Of a stretch of 64,000 nt of DNA, positions 50,194 through 60,303 are shown one piece after another; the first letter of the stretch is position 1; every line of letters starts with the position of its first letter. Below the pieces are notes generated by a model. It saw only the letters and a program-made list of their open reading frames with translations. It did no database searches and was not told where the DNA came from. The DNA comes from an uncultured delta proteobacterium. GTDB lineage: Bacteria; Desulfobacterota; Binatia; UBA9968. Made by a program: the position numbers and the translations under genes. The stretch covers positions 1,100,641 through 1,164,640 of the forward strand of contig CAVYTU010000017.1 in assembly GCA_963771465.1 (NCBI GenBank), written 5' to 3'.

Positions 50194-50244
50194 AATCAAC
50201 TACTTAGCTCGCCTCTGTGTCCCCGATGTGTCCAAAATGTGTCC
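50194..50244 (+). repeat. att-arm region: IHF site plus three 11-bp-spaced direct repeats
   Basis: AATCAACTACTTA (WATCAANNNNTTR, 50194-50206); TGTGTCC at 50216, 50227 and 50238. Confidence 0.7.
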
Positions 50245-50333
50245 AGCGCGCCGCCCTATCAACACGAAATCGTGAAACTAACTCTCACGGCGCGTAGAAA
50301 AAACGGTTCTCCCAAAAGGATGTGAAATAAACG

Positions 50334-50519
50334 ATGACGACAACCTGTTTTCATTGCCACGAGGAAATAAGTGAACCGGAATCATATTTCCAAGCCCTCT
50401 TACGAGACCAAAACGGTCAAGACACTCTCGCTTTTTTTCATCCAGAATGTTGCGAGCCGTTCGCAAAGCGCTTGAGGGCCGAACGTGAGTATCAGATAGT
50501 GGCTCACGAACGAAATTAA
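50334..50519 (+). CDS. Small putative zinc-binding protein
   Basis: CFHC...FHPECC; 61 aa. Confidence 0.45.
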   Translation: MTTTCFHCHEEISEPESYFQALLRDQNGQDTLAFFHPECCEPFAKRLRAEREYQIVAHERN

Positions 50520-50747
50520 GGCCCCGACCCTAGGGTGTAAGAGTTTAGGAGTGATAAATGAAAAAGCTGTGTGCATTCCTGACGCGCGCCGCTACGTTGT
50601 AGCTGTTAAAATGCTCGGAGAAGTGAAGACCGAGTTGCCGCTTTGGGATGACAGATTCTCCCAAAACTTTGCTTCAATCTTCGATCTAAAGACCCGAAAG
50701 CATCATGCGAACAGAAAGGTAGCGGCTTGACATACCAACTCGGAACC

Positions 50748-51350
50748 CTACGGGTCGGGGATGAAGTTGAATTGCTGGACTCGCGCGAATGCGGCGGAAT
50801 CATGTCCCGGGTTCGGGTCGGCTTTGTTCTCGCGGAAGTGAATGGCGAGCTCGTTCATTTTGTCCACTAGCAGCGCGGTGCATGCCTGCTGAATTCCGCG
50901 TGTCGCGACTCTCAGCAGCTTCACGGAGTTGATCCTTTTCACGTTCGTTGCGCCGGTCCCCTGATAGTTCACGCCGAGTTCGTTTAACCAGCCATGGATG
51001 AATAACGTTTTTGAAATACTATAGATTCTTCTTTTTCTTTTGGGTGCGGGTGTGTTTGCCTTCAATTGGTTTTTGATCAGAATGATTACTTCACCCTTCT
51101 CTTCCGGTATTCGATGACCATTTATGGTGCCTTTCTTGGTTTTACGTTGGCGGAAATTTTCAACGAGCCACCCGGCAAGGGCGATGATAGCCGCGTTATT
51201 TGAGACAGCAATAATCACATTCCTTACGGTTTTAAGGTCTGAAGACTTTTTTATCTCCGGGTGTACTTTTACGCCGTTAAGTTCCAGGGAGCACAATTCT
51301 TTATATAACTCCTTATCCTCGGTAGCTAAGGAAATTTCATCAGATTTCAA
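50748..51350 (-). CDS. Hypothetical protein
   Basis: 200-aa ORF with an AAGGAG RBS upstream. Confidence 0.5.
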   Translation of the reverse strand: MKSDEISLATEDKELYKELCSLELNGVKVHPEIKKSSDLKTVRNVIIAVSNNAAIIALAGWLVENFRQRKTKKGTINGHRIPEEKGEVIILIKNQLKANTPAPKRKRRIYSISKTLFIHGWLNELGVNYQGTGATNVKRINSVKLLRVATRGIQQACTALLVDKMNELAIHFRENKADPNPGHDSAAFARVQQFNFIPDP

Positions 51351-51525
51351 AATGCATTTACTCCTTTAAATATGCGTAAAACGCTTCGGTGCTGAGGCGG
51401 ATCGCTTTCATCAAACTCCCTGTGCTCTTATCGTAGGGGTTGCCGTTGGGTGCTCTCAAAATACTTCCCTCATCAAGTTCGGCTTTAACAGCTTCATCCT
51501 TCGTTTAAGGCGTTTGGCTTCACGA

Positions 51526-51978
51526 CTACGCCCTGGCGCGAAGGGATTTTATCTCCAGGCGGCAGGCCTCCCCAAAGGATTTGAGCGGGTCGCCATCGGT
51601 TTTTCCTGATCGAACCAGCGCCCGGATTTCGTCTACCGAGAGATTGGGCGAGAAGTATTGTTCCGTGATCCGCTGCAACACTTGCTCGGCCTGACTAAGC
51701 ACCGCATCGGATGCGCAAAGCCGGATGCGATTGAGCAGCTCGTACGCCGGCAACAACGTCTCCGGCTTGTCCAGTGTGCGTTCGAACGAGTCGACGACGA
51801 GTTTGGAGCATGCGCGAATAAACTCGCCGTAAAGCATTTCACGCGTACGGATCTCCCCAGCGATTAGTTCACGCTTGCTCAGCGTCCTCTGCGTAACCCA
51901 CGCGGTGGCGAACGTGGCGGAACCGCCCACAAGCGATCCAAGCACGGCGGCCAAGGCACTAACGATGACGGGATCCAT
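51526..51978 (-). CDS. Hypothetical protein with N-terminal TM helix
   Basis: SALAAVLGSLVGG leader; GGAG RBS; directly follows the SRAP gene. Confidence 0.65.
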   Translation of the reverse strand: MDPVIVSALAAVLGSLVGGSATFATAWVTQRTLSKRELIAGEIRTREMLYGEFIRACSKLVVDSFERTLDKPETLLPAYELLNRIRLCASDAVLSQAEQVLQRITEQYFSPNLSVDEIRALVRSGKTDGDPLKSFGEACRLEIKSLRARA

Positions 51979-51981
51979 CGG

Positions 51982-52692
51982 CTACTCTCCGGCCTTGCGA
52001 ACCCAACTGCTCAAATCCTCGATAGGTGCTCCGCAATCCGGCTCGTTATACCTGGAATTGTTGACCCGCGTCGTAGTGACATGCGCCGCCATTTCTTCGG
52101 AGGGAAACGGCACAAGCAAAGGCTCGACCTTTTCAAAAGGATTGCCCGTGCAGTTGAGCCAAGTCTCTTCATCGTCGGGGTGTAAGATCGCCGGGATTCT
52201 GTCGTGGATCGGGCGCATGAAGTCGTTGGGCGGCAGGGTGATGATACTGAAAGAATCGAGAATGCCGCCGTCCGGTTTTTTCCAGCTATCCCAAAGTCCG
52301 GCAAGTGAAAAAGGCTCCTTCGATTTGAGATAGACAAACCACGGTATCTTCGATCCCTTTTCACCCGCAAATTCATAGAAGCCATCAACCGGAATGACAC
52401 ACCGCCGGTTTTGCAGCAGTCTTCTATACGTGCGGCTTTCGCGCAGCCGTTCGACCTTCGCATTCATCGTGCTGTAGGAAAGCTTCATGCTTTTTTCGAA
52501 GGATGGAATCAGCGGCCAATACATGAGCCGGCCTTCGTTGCCGCGCTCGCCGCGCACGATTGCTAACACATCGGCGTCTTTGCGGCCGGGCGAGACGTTA
52601 TAGATAGGCTTGAACTGCGGCAGGTCGTTGATGAGATCCCAGCGGAGCTTGATCTCACGAAACTCGAAGGACGCTCGCACGCGGTTGCACAT
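51982..52692 (-). CDS. SOS response-associated peptidase (SRAP/YedK/HMCES family)
   Basis: N-terminal MCNR, YNVSP, RRCVIPVDGFYE, AGLWD, IHDRIP. Confidence 0.9.
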   Translation of the reverse strand: MCNRVRASFEFREIKLRWDLINDLPQFKPIYNVSPGRKDADVLAIVRGERGNEGRLMYWPLIPSFEKSMKLSYSTMNAKVERLRESRTYRRLLQNRRCVIPVDGFYEFAGEKGSKIPWFVYLKSKEPFSLAGLWDSWKKPDGGILDSFSIITLPPNDFMRPIHDRIPAILHPDDEETWLNCTGNPFEKVEPLLVPFPSEEMAAHVTTTRVNNSRYNEPDCGAPIEDLSSWVRKAGE

Positions 52693-53106
52693 GGACTACT
52701 CTGGATTTTCCCGGTTCGCTTCGTCCCGGAATTTCTTGATGACCCGAACTATAGCCTCAGTCTCGTATTTCTCAGAGTGAACCGTCCCGCGGGCCATAGG
52801 CTCGACATCAATTCGCTTCACAATCGGGATGCGCGGCGGAGTCGAGAAAAGCGGCTTCTGTATACTGTTGCGACCATGCGCCGGCCGCGGTCCAAGTCAT
52901 CGAACATGACCGTAAAAGCTAGAGGACTCTCGTCCTCGTGAGTCTGGAGACCAACGATTTTCAGGTTCATTCAGCCCCTCGCGTTCCTTATGGCAGAAAA
53001 AATTTCCCATTATGCAGGGTCGTTTTCAAGGGATTATCGATAATTGCAGCGCGTCGGTGTTTTTGCGCTGGTTGTAATCCAAACCGATCAATGCATGAGG
53101 TGAATT

Positions 53107-53361
53107 ATGCGTACCCTGTCCAATCTTCTTGGTCTGTTCATGGCGGTTTTCGGGGTGTTCCTTGTGATCGGTTCATACGCCATGCCGCGTATTGAAGTTG
53201 AGGGCGTGAGCATGATCGTTGTCTTTGGGATAGTTTTGACTGGAGCGGGGGGGATGATCAGCAACAGGGCATCACACAAAACTTGCCCGCAGTGCTCAGA
53301 GCAGGTGAAACTGACCGCGCTCAAATGCAAACATTGTGGTAGCCTATTGTCGCTAACATAA
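53107..53361 (+). CDS. Small membrane protein with C-terminal zinc ribbon
   Basis: Two TM helices, then CPQC..CKHCGS. Confidence 0.7.
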   Translation: MRTLSNLLGLFMAVFGVFLVIGSYAMPRIEVEGVSMIVVFGIVLTGAGGMISNRASHKTCPQCSEQVKLTALKCKHCGSLLSLT

Positions 53362-53671
53362 CGATCGCGATCGTTTTCACACCTCGGTAAATTTCCTTAT
53401 CAGTTGCCGATTTATAACCAACTCGACGGGACGGTTAGACACGGCCCAGGCCTTGCTTTTGTTTTAGGTGAAGCCAGTTTGTCGTGGTAGCTATGGAAAT
53501 CGTGGTAACTGACGATGAAACTTTTTATGCGTTGCACGCCGAATCTGCTTTGTCGACGTTAGTTGAGACCGTGCCAGTTTCGTTGCAGCTTCTGCAACGG
53601 GTGGACCTATTGATTTTGATTCTCCAAGAACTCGACGATTTGATCGAATCTGAAGGAGGACTGTTAATTCC

Positions 53672-53947
53672 CTAACGCTCCTCGTTAAACGGTCTTTTAC
53701 GCTCTGTGCGACTCCAAAAGAATTGACCGAAATCGCCGCGGTATTCGGCCACAAGCTTCGCCGTCTCGCGGTCCAGCGCCTTGAGACTTTTCCGGTACTC
53801 GGCGCGCGAGATTTGCTTTTTCTCGTAAAGGCCACCGAGACAATCGCGTGGCGGCACTAGGTCGTTCGATATCCAGCGCGCGATGCCGTCCTTGATGTAT
53901 AACTCATGTCCATTCTTGACGAAAATCACTGACCGCCGGTTCTTCAT
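53672..53947 (-). CDS. Hypothetical protein
   Basis: 91-aa ORF with plausible composition only. Confidence 0.4.
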   Translation of the reverse strand: MKNRRSVIFVKNGHELYIKDGIARWISNDLVPPRDCLGGLYEKKQISRAEYRKSLKALDRETAKLVAEYRGDFGQFFWSRTERKRPFNEER

Positions 53948-54000
53948 CTTGACAATTTCCCGCTGCTAAAGCAGCTAAGGCCAGCGCCCACGACGGAAAT

Positions 54001-54345
54001 TTACTCTTTTTGTTTCAAGAGTTTTACTTTTAATTCTGCAACTTCCATTTCCAATTCAGTGACTAGCTTCCTCACGTTTCCCGGCAATCTCGCGTCAGCA
54101 TGCGCGCGATCCATCGCCTTGCCAATCGGACCGGTCAGTTCCTCGGATACCATAACGGAGGCAACGAGAAGTTTCAGGACGTCGTCTTCGTTGCACATGA
54201 GTTTAACGACACGTTGAGCAGGGTCGGTTGCCGGAAGGCCGAGAACAATAGAATTTTTAAGGACAGCGTACTCTCGACAAGTTGGATCGCACGCAGCGAT
54301 GAAGTGCTCGTACTTGTCCAGCGGTAGGTCGATCAGAACTTTCAT
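54001..54345 (-). CDS. Hypothetical protein
   Basis: 114-aa ATG-started ORF with a coiled-coil tail. Confidence 0.5.
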   Translation of the reverse strand: MKVLIDLPLDKYEHFIAACDPTCREYAVLKNSIVLGLPATDPAQRVVKLMCNEDDVLKLLVASVMVSEELTGPIGKAMDRAHADARLPGNVRKLVTELEMEVAELKVKLLKQKE

Positions 54346-54702
54346 ATTGGGGAAGCCGGGATATCACTCGGTGCGGGAAATGCAAACGCTAGGCGCCGGG
54401 CACCTCGAATGTGTCCCGATTTAGCAACATAAAATTAAGTTTGGCGTCCCGCCGTTAGGACGAAAACGGCATTTCATGCCGCAAAAAGCTCTCTACGATG
54501 GGTCGGTGCAAACATTGCGCCACATCGACTGAAAGCGCCGGGCGAACCGGCTATGCACAGCGCGCCACGGTATCATATGGTCGTTCCCCGCAACGGTGCA
54601 TCAAAGCGGCTACGTTATCGACGTGGGCCGGATCCAGCTCAAAAAGATAGACACCATTGCCTGGCGCTGCTTGCGGCGATAGTTCCTGCCCGTTAAGGTT
54701 AA

Positions 54703-54933
54703 TTGGTTATGCTCACGAAAGAAGTTGCTACAGCGCTCCCACTGAAGCCGGCATTCATCGAACCAATGCTTGCCTCACCCGTGCGCGAGCTGCCCGGCGG
54801 CGCCGCCTGGAGCTATGAGGCCAAGCTTGATGGCTACCGATGCCTCGTGGCCAAAGGCAGCCGGGGCGATGTTGTGCTCTGGTCGCGGCGCGGGAATCTA
54901 TTCACGGCGCGATTCCCGGTTTTCCCTTTGTGA
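54703..54933 (+). pseudogene. ATP-dependent DNA ligase (LigD-type), N-terminal fragment
   Basis: FIEPMLA, WSYEAKLDGYR (KxDG), LWSRRG; truncated. Confidence 0.8.
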
Positions 54934-54937
54934 CCGG

Positions 54938-55324
54938 CTAAACGTTTTCAATCAGCCAGGTTACAGCGGACTTTGAATCGTAAAAGGCGGCAACCTTGCA
55001 GCCCCGGTTCGATAGAGAGGCGGCTAGCAGCAAGAGTGGATTATGCTGCTGCATCTGGGGTGTCGAGACCAAAGCAATTTTGGAATTGATGGGCAATAGG
55101 TCGGGAGTGATTGCACTCACGAAAGCCTCAATTTCCACGGGGCCGAGATCGTAGGTGGCGTCGACGAGATCGATCAGCACCTTGCAATCGGAAAGCGACA
55201 CAGTTATCTCCCCAACTTTGCTAAACATCTGCTTGAATCCATTGAGGTCGACAAACCCGCCGGCGATCAGAATGACGTGATCGCCGCGCTCGGGCCAGTG
55301 AAACAATTTTACCTGGTAGTTCAT
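54938..55324 (-). CDS. Hypothetical protein (STAS/SpoIIAA-like)
   Basis: KVLIDL...KIALV...AVTWL pattern; GAGGAG RBS. Confidence 0.55.
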   Translation of the reverse strand: MNYQVKLFHWPERGDHVILIAGGFVDLNGFKQMFSKVGEITVSLSDCKVLIDLVDATYDLGPVEIEAFVSAITPDLLPINSKIALVSTPQMQQHNPLLLLAASLSNRGCKVAAFYDSKSAVTWLIENV

Positions 55325-55459
55325 GATTTACTCCTCGCTACCAGGATAGATAAGGCTCATCGCGGATTTGGTCTTGACACAAGACGACAGTCAATTGACA
55401 CCTGGAACCAATCGGCGCTAAGGAAGTGGCGAAGGAACTCACACGTGCACACAAAACCC

Positions 55460-55636
55460 ATGATTTCCTTAGCCTTCACAAAGGGGCTGGCCGAAGCTAT
55501 CGCCGACAAAGGCGGCAACGCTGATCTGATCTTGGGCGCGTTCGGACTGGAGCATTCCAACTTGGCCGATCCCGAAGGCTTTATTGCCACCAAACATTCG
55601 CTCTGCTCCATCGAGGAGACCGCGTGCGCCGCGTAA
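55460..55636 (+). pseudogene. Possible AraC-family N-terminal fragment
   Basis: MISLAFTKGLAEAIADKGGNADLILGAFGL..LADPEGFI resembles the start of AraC ligand-binding domains; truncated. Confidence 0.35.
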
Positions 55637-55689
55637 TGTGGATTTAAAAATGACCCCAGTGCGTCAAAGATTGGATCGATAACAAGGAC

Positions 55690-55969
55690 CTAAACGGGTG
55701 CGAATGAATGTCACTTTCAAACTATCGGCGAGAGTGATAGTCCGTTCGCCAATCTGCCGGAGAAGCGGCGCACAATGTGGGCGCTGACTGCGAGTGAGAT
55801 GAAAGAGTGCCGGTGGCTGAAGCCGGAGCTTGTCGCGCAGATCGAGTTCACGGAATGGACGCCGGACGCGCACCTACGGCACGCTAGTTTTGCCGGGTTG
55901 CGTGATGATAAAGAGGCGCGGCAGGTTCGTCGCCGACGATCTGCATCACGGCTGTTTTGTGGTGATTAG
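55690..55969 (+). pseudogene. ATP-dependent DNA ligase, C-terminal OB-fold fragment
   Basis: PFANLPEK..WALT..WLKPELVAQIEFTEWTPDAHLRHASFAGLRDDK. Confidence 0.8.
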
Positions 55970-56276
55970 CTGTAACGGCGACTTTTTGGTGGTGGCTAGC
56001 GGCGTGAGGGCATGACATGTTTTTCTATTTGGCGCCGCTGCGGGTAGCCGGGCTGGCGCTGATCGCGTTTGTTGCTGTGCTCTTGTCCTTGGTGGCGCTG
56101 CCGGTTTTAAGCGTGGTGGTTTGGCTGGCCGATAAGTTTTGGTGGAGGATTGATGACCGCGAATAATGTTTCAGCTTGTAGCCGATTGTCGCAATTGGCC
56201 GTAGGCGCTTGGAGAATGTGTATTATTCGGCTCACACAGGCGAACCCGCCGAGACGCGTTGATTTAGGCCACGGCG

Positions 56277-56522
56277 CTAAGGTGTAGGACTCAATCCTTT
56301 CGCTTCGCCCTTGCCCATCACCCTGTTGACACACTGCCTTTGAGTGAACCATATTTCGACGGAGTCGAATTCGCGCCTTTTGGAATCTAGATAATATGTG
56401 CAAACTTCTTCAGCGCGCATTTCAAGTCGGTATGCCCGCCACGTGTGCCACGTATAGAACAGAGACGCGACAGACACGGAGATAATTCCTATGGTGAGTA
56501 CGATTTGAAACCAGAGTTTCAT
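56277..56522 (-). CDS. Small membrane-anchored hypothetical protein
   Basis: N-terminal TM helix; two Cys. Confidence 0.45.
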   Translation of the reverse strand: MKLWFQIVLTIGIISVSVASLFYTWHTWRAYRLEMRAEEVCTYYLDSKRREFDSVEIWFTQRQCVNRVMGKGEAKGLSPTP

Positions 56523-56868
56523 TGTCGCTCTATTCGACCAGCACTAATTGGGTTTACTTCCACCTTTTGTCTCAGGAATTTCCACGCACTCCGAAACGTC
56601 CCGATGAAATTCATCCAACCGGCAACATTATTTCCAACTCTGGCAGATTCGCTTGGCGTTTGGCAACCCGTCACGCGCCCGAAAAACTCTGTGGGGTTGT
56701 CGATCCCGACCGCGGAAGCGAGCAGCGAGCGACCGTACTGTCCATGATCGGCGTCGCGCGAATCGCGGCGAACTCTCGGAAACTCACGGGCTGAATTGTT
56801 GGGGTGCTTGACGGCGAAGGTGATTCGGCAGTATCATGCAGGAGCATAAGTTCCCCTTTCCGTTTTCC

Positions 56869-56904
56869 GAACGCCGACAGTCACCCCTGTCGGCGTTCTT
56901 TTTT
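56869..56904 (+). terminator. Rho-independent terminator
   Basis: GAACGCCGACAG-tcaccc-CTGTCGGCGTTC followed by T6. Confidence 0.8.
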
Positions 56905-56930
56905 ATCTTCATGCCCTGCCCGCAGGCGCG

Positions 56931-57200
56931 CTACGAATAGCGGAAAGCTGCCGCAAAAACGTCTCTTCTTCTAACTTCAGTTTTCGAATATCGTTCTAGG
57001 TCGGCATGGACCCAAGCGAAAGTCTTTCCGTCTTTAAGATATTTTTCATACCGGTGAGGAACTCCAGCATCGGCGCAAGCTTTGCGAATCGCAGGCGCGT
57101 CGCGCAATATGTCTTCGACCTGCGCAACCGGTAATCCCTCATTAATAAAGACGCTCGCTAGATTCGCCACTCCGGCCTCGGTCGTAAGGCGAGCTATCCG
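56931..57200 (-). CDS. Scaffold-like two-repeat segment (probable frameshifted C-terminus of the protease)
   Basis: The frame is open into the protease end; repeats IARLTTEAGVANLASVFINEG and IRKACADAGVPHRYEKYLKDG. Confidence 0.45.
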   Translation of the reverse strand, partial: RIARLTTEAGVANLASVFINEGLPVAQVEDILRDAPAIRKACADAGVPHRYEKYLKDGKTFAWVHADLERYSKTEVRRRDVFAAAFRYS

Positions 57201-57202
57201 CT

Positions 57203-57868
57203 TTATCCCTTCTTCGCCGTGGTAAAGGGTTTCCGCGCCGGCGGCGGAATCGGCGAAGCTACAGGGCGCACGCGCTGGGCGAGGACGCTAGGGATATTTT
57301 TAAAGTTCACCATCCGAGCGGCGGCGACAGCGTAATCGGCAGCGTCGGTGACTTCATCGCATAGCCCTGATTGTTTAGCCTGAGTTCCGTCGAACCAGGT
57401 CTCATCGTCCAGCCATTTCCGTGCAGCGCTTTCCGTGCGGCCAGATTTTTTCGCAAAGATGCCGGCCATCATCCGGTCAAAATCGTTCAACTCGGTTTCC
57501 ATTTTTTTCATGGTGTGACGGTTACCGATGGCCTTGGCTACGGCGTTGTGCACAAAAAGATAAGTGGAGCTTGGCATCTCGAGCTTGCCGGCAACAGCGA
57601 TGAAACTCGCCGCTGATGCAGCGATGCCGAAAACTTCGGTCGTAATCGTTGCCGAGTGTCGCTTCAGCGCATTGTGAATGGCGAGGCCATCAAAAAAACT
57701 GCCGCCGTAGGAGTTAATTCTAACGCGGATATTCTTTACGTCACCGAGCGCGTCGAGATCTTTGATAAAATCCTTTGCGCTGACGCCTTCCTCGCCGATA
57801 AGATCGAAAATGTCGATGATAGCTGTGTTTTGCGCCATCGCCTGGAATTTGTACCAATGAGTTTTCAC
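57203..57868 (-). CDS. Phage head maturation protease, ClpP-related
   Basis: RINSYGG, AIHNAL, GIAASAAS, FVHN, ETWF..A..GLCD; AAGGAG RBS. Confidence 0.88.
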   Translation of the reverse strand: MKTHWYKFQAMAQNTAIIDIFDLIGEEGVSAKDFIKDLDALGDVKNIRVRINSYGGSFFDGLAIHNALKRHSATITTEVFGIAASAASFIAVAGKLEMPSSTYLFVHNAVAKAIGNRHTMKKMETELNDFDRMMAGIFAKKSGRTESAARKWLDDETWFDGTQAKQSGLCDEVTDAADYAVAAARMVNFKNIPSVLAQRVRPVASPIPPPARKPFTTAKKG

Positions 57869-58080
57869 GTTGACACTCCTTAATTGAGATTTGTTTACTT
57901 ACGTCCATCATGAATCCGAGGAAAGGCATTTTAGTAAACCCTCGAAACCGCTCCAACATATCGGGGGGTGATTCGGTAATAAGGATTTTCTCACGCGTCG
58001 CTGAGCTGGCGATATCGATAAACTGCCTTGATTGCCATCTTAGTTGCGCTCCCAAAGTCGCAGTGATACACCGGTCAGCC

Positions 58081-58263
58081 ATGCCATTGCCGGTTCTGCT
58101 GAATTGGATTGGATATACTCTCGGTTTGTTCGGCATAGTCCTGTTGATATGGAGTATGCTCAAGCAAGGCGTTTCATTGCTCGGCCTCGTGTCATTGACC
58201 ATCGGTGTCCTCTTGCTGGTGATCGCCGATCTCAATGTGTACTCAATCGCCGTCACCCCCTAA
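58081..58263 (+). CDS. Small two-TM membrane protein
   Basis: MPLPVLLNWIGYTLGLFG...; opposite strand to its neighbours. Confidence 0.4.
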   Translation: MPLPVLLNWIGYTLGLFGIVLLIWSMLKQGVSLLGLVSLTIGVLLLVIADLNVYSIAVTP

Positions 58264-58524
58264 ACATTCACAATGTCCTAAAGTTGTGCCAGGCCTTTCC
58301 AACCACCTCGTCGTGCGAAAATAATCCCTTTCATGAAACGATCCCCACTGCAAGAGCCAATCGCGCCCGGTTGAGTTTGGACCGAGTACACCGTACGCAA
58401 CGAGCCTGGAAATTTGTTGCTGGCTTTCACCTATCGACCTCGCGAAGTCCTCTTGCGAAACCGGTTTGCTAAAATCGACTTCACCGTCTCTGATCGATGC
58501 GATTCGCTTTTTTCGCCTTGCCAT
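58243..58524 (-). CDS. Terminase small subunit-like wHTH protein (Nu1-like)
   Basis: SQEDFARSIGESQQQISRLV..GVL...T..DWL resembles lambdoid TerS N-termini; lies just downstream of a cos-like site. Confidence 0.55.
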   Translation of the reverse strand: MARRKKRIASIRDGEVDFSKPVSQEDFARSIGESQQQISRLVAYGVLGPNSTGRDWLLQWGSFHERDYFRTTRWLERPGTTLGHCECLGGDGD

Positions 58525-58569
58525 CTAACACCACCAAATTTTTTTAAAACATTTTCCCTGCCGGGTAGT

Positions 58570-58616
58570 CACGGCTCGTAGAACCCCCCGTAAAATCAAG
58601 TACTTACGAGGGACCC
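58570..58616 (-). other. Lambda-like cosQ/cosN packaging site candidate
   Basis: Minus strand GGGTCCC-N16-TTACG-GGGGGTTCTACG-AGCCGTGA; overlapping IHF consensus AATCAAGTACTTA (+58594-58606). Confidence 0.45.
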
Positions 58617-59129
58617 CTCATCAAGCCGATTCGATATATCCTCGGGCAGCGGCAGAATTTATCCGCCGCCGCCTAATTGCGCCACCAGTGAAAGAGTCAT
58701 CACACACTGGCCGAGGACGGCGGGACGCATTTACCGCCGTGCGCAAATGATCCATAGGCTTTAGATTTCCTTCGCCAGAAAAATTCGCGGGTCCATATCG
58801 CCAGGACGAATCACTTGCATACCCATGGCCTCGATCGCTCTGCGCGGCTCGTTCAAGATCAAACTGAATTGTGATGGCCTCATCCTCGAGGCGTTTGAGT
58901 GTCGCCTTGCGCACCTCGGATTTGATCGCGTCTGGGTTCCGGCTGATTAACCGCTCGAATAAATGTCTTGATCTCATTCGGAAATACAGCGCACAAAAAT
59001 TGTGTGATTGAATCGAAATTCACTTCTCCGTTTTGGTGCGCGGTGCCTGCAGAAATGATTTGCAAGGCTGCCAGGGACACCAGGATCTGGATAATTATCA
59101 AACGGTGATGTACGCCGGCCAATTTCTAC

Positions 59130-59870
59130 CTAGCTCGTCGACAACGCTTTCCCATTTCGCACTGACTTCGGCGGGATCCACCGGCTGTGTTCAACCTTGG
59201 CTTTTTCGTGTTTATTACCCTTCAAGCTTATCAGACGAATTTTTATAAGCCTGAATCGGATCGGGTTAGTTTTCCGACTGCCGCTTGCGTACTCGGGACG
59301 AGATTGGACGTTGGCGAATGGCGAGCCCTTTGTGAAAGTTACAAATCTTTCGCCCGTTATTCCGAGTTCGGTCGGTAAGGGGACTCCATACGTAGTGAGA
59401 AGATCTTTGCAGTTGTTCCAGAGCTTAATTACGGGTCTCATGTCAGCCGATAATTGATCATATCCGCGACTCAATTCTATTTTTTTTCGGCTATCTGCTG
59501 CTCTTGACGCCTCGAGATTCTCAACGTCGTCCGTCGACACTCGTAAACCGCTACCAAATAACGGGCGACGATGGCTTGCGACGCTTACCTCGACCTTCAT
59601 GAGATCTTCCAATCGAGATCGATTCTCATTCGATTGCGAATGGAAAAATTTCAGCTGGCGATCGATGATCAGAAAACGTTTCGGGTCGACATTATTGAGC
59701 AGGTCGACGTCTTTGCTCTTTGCTAGTGCGTTCATAGGTTCCTCCCTGTTTTTCATCTTCAACTTCGTTGACGAGATTTCACTGCTGCAATTTGTCATAA
59801 CCCGCCTTCGGAAATTTTTCGGTTTGGACTTTGGATGAAGACTGTAGATCGGCCAGTTTGAATCTAACAT
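59130..59870 (-). CDS. Hypothetical protein
   Basis: Long ORF; probable start MNALAKS after the GGGAGG RBS. Confidence 0.5.
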   Translation of the reverse strand: MLDSNWPIYSLHPKSKPKNFRRRVMTNCSSEISSTKLKMKNREEPMNALAKSKDVDLLNNVDPKRFLIIDRQLKFFHSQSNENRSRLEDLMKVEVSVASHRRPLFGSGLRVSTDDVENLEASRAADSRKKIELSRGYDQLSADMRPVIKLWNNCKDLLTTYGVPLPTELGITGERFVTFTKGSPFANVQSRPEYASGSRKTNPIRFRLIKIRLISLKGNKHEKAKVEHSRWIPPKSVRNGKALSTS

Positions 59871-60303
59871 AATGGCCGATCATGCACAGCAGGCATCGGC
59901 CTTCCCGTGCAGCGGTAGCTAGCCAACTTTCCGGCACGTCAACATTGCCGCGGCTTCTGCAGTGTCGTATAATCAATTTCTGCTTTCGACTGACTCTTTA
60001 CCGCTGCGGCGATATTCTTCGCGCATGATCTGGCGGAAAGATTCGAGCAAAAGATCAAACGGGTTTTTTGGCTCGCTCATAAGTCGTGCCTTATCTTTGA
60101 ACCCGGAAACACGCGCAAAACATCGTTGACGGTGATACCCGGGTGTGTGTCCGCAAGGCGCCGCGCTTGCTCAAGATCGCCGGCCGTCGCCGGCTTGCGG
60201 TTTTGTGCCGCATATAAACGGCGCCATCATCCAAGACTTTGACCTCTAGCAGTAGATCTTCAAGGAACTTCATCATCGTGCCTGGCCCATTGTTCCTGAT
60301 CCG

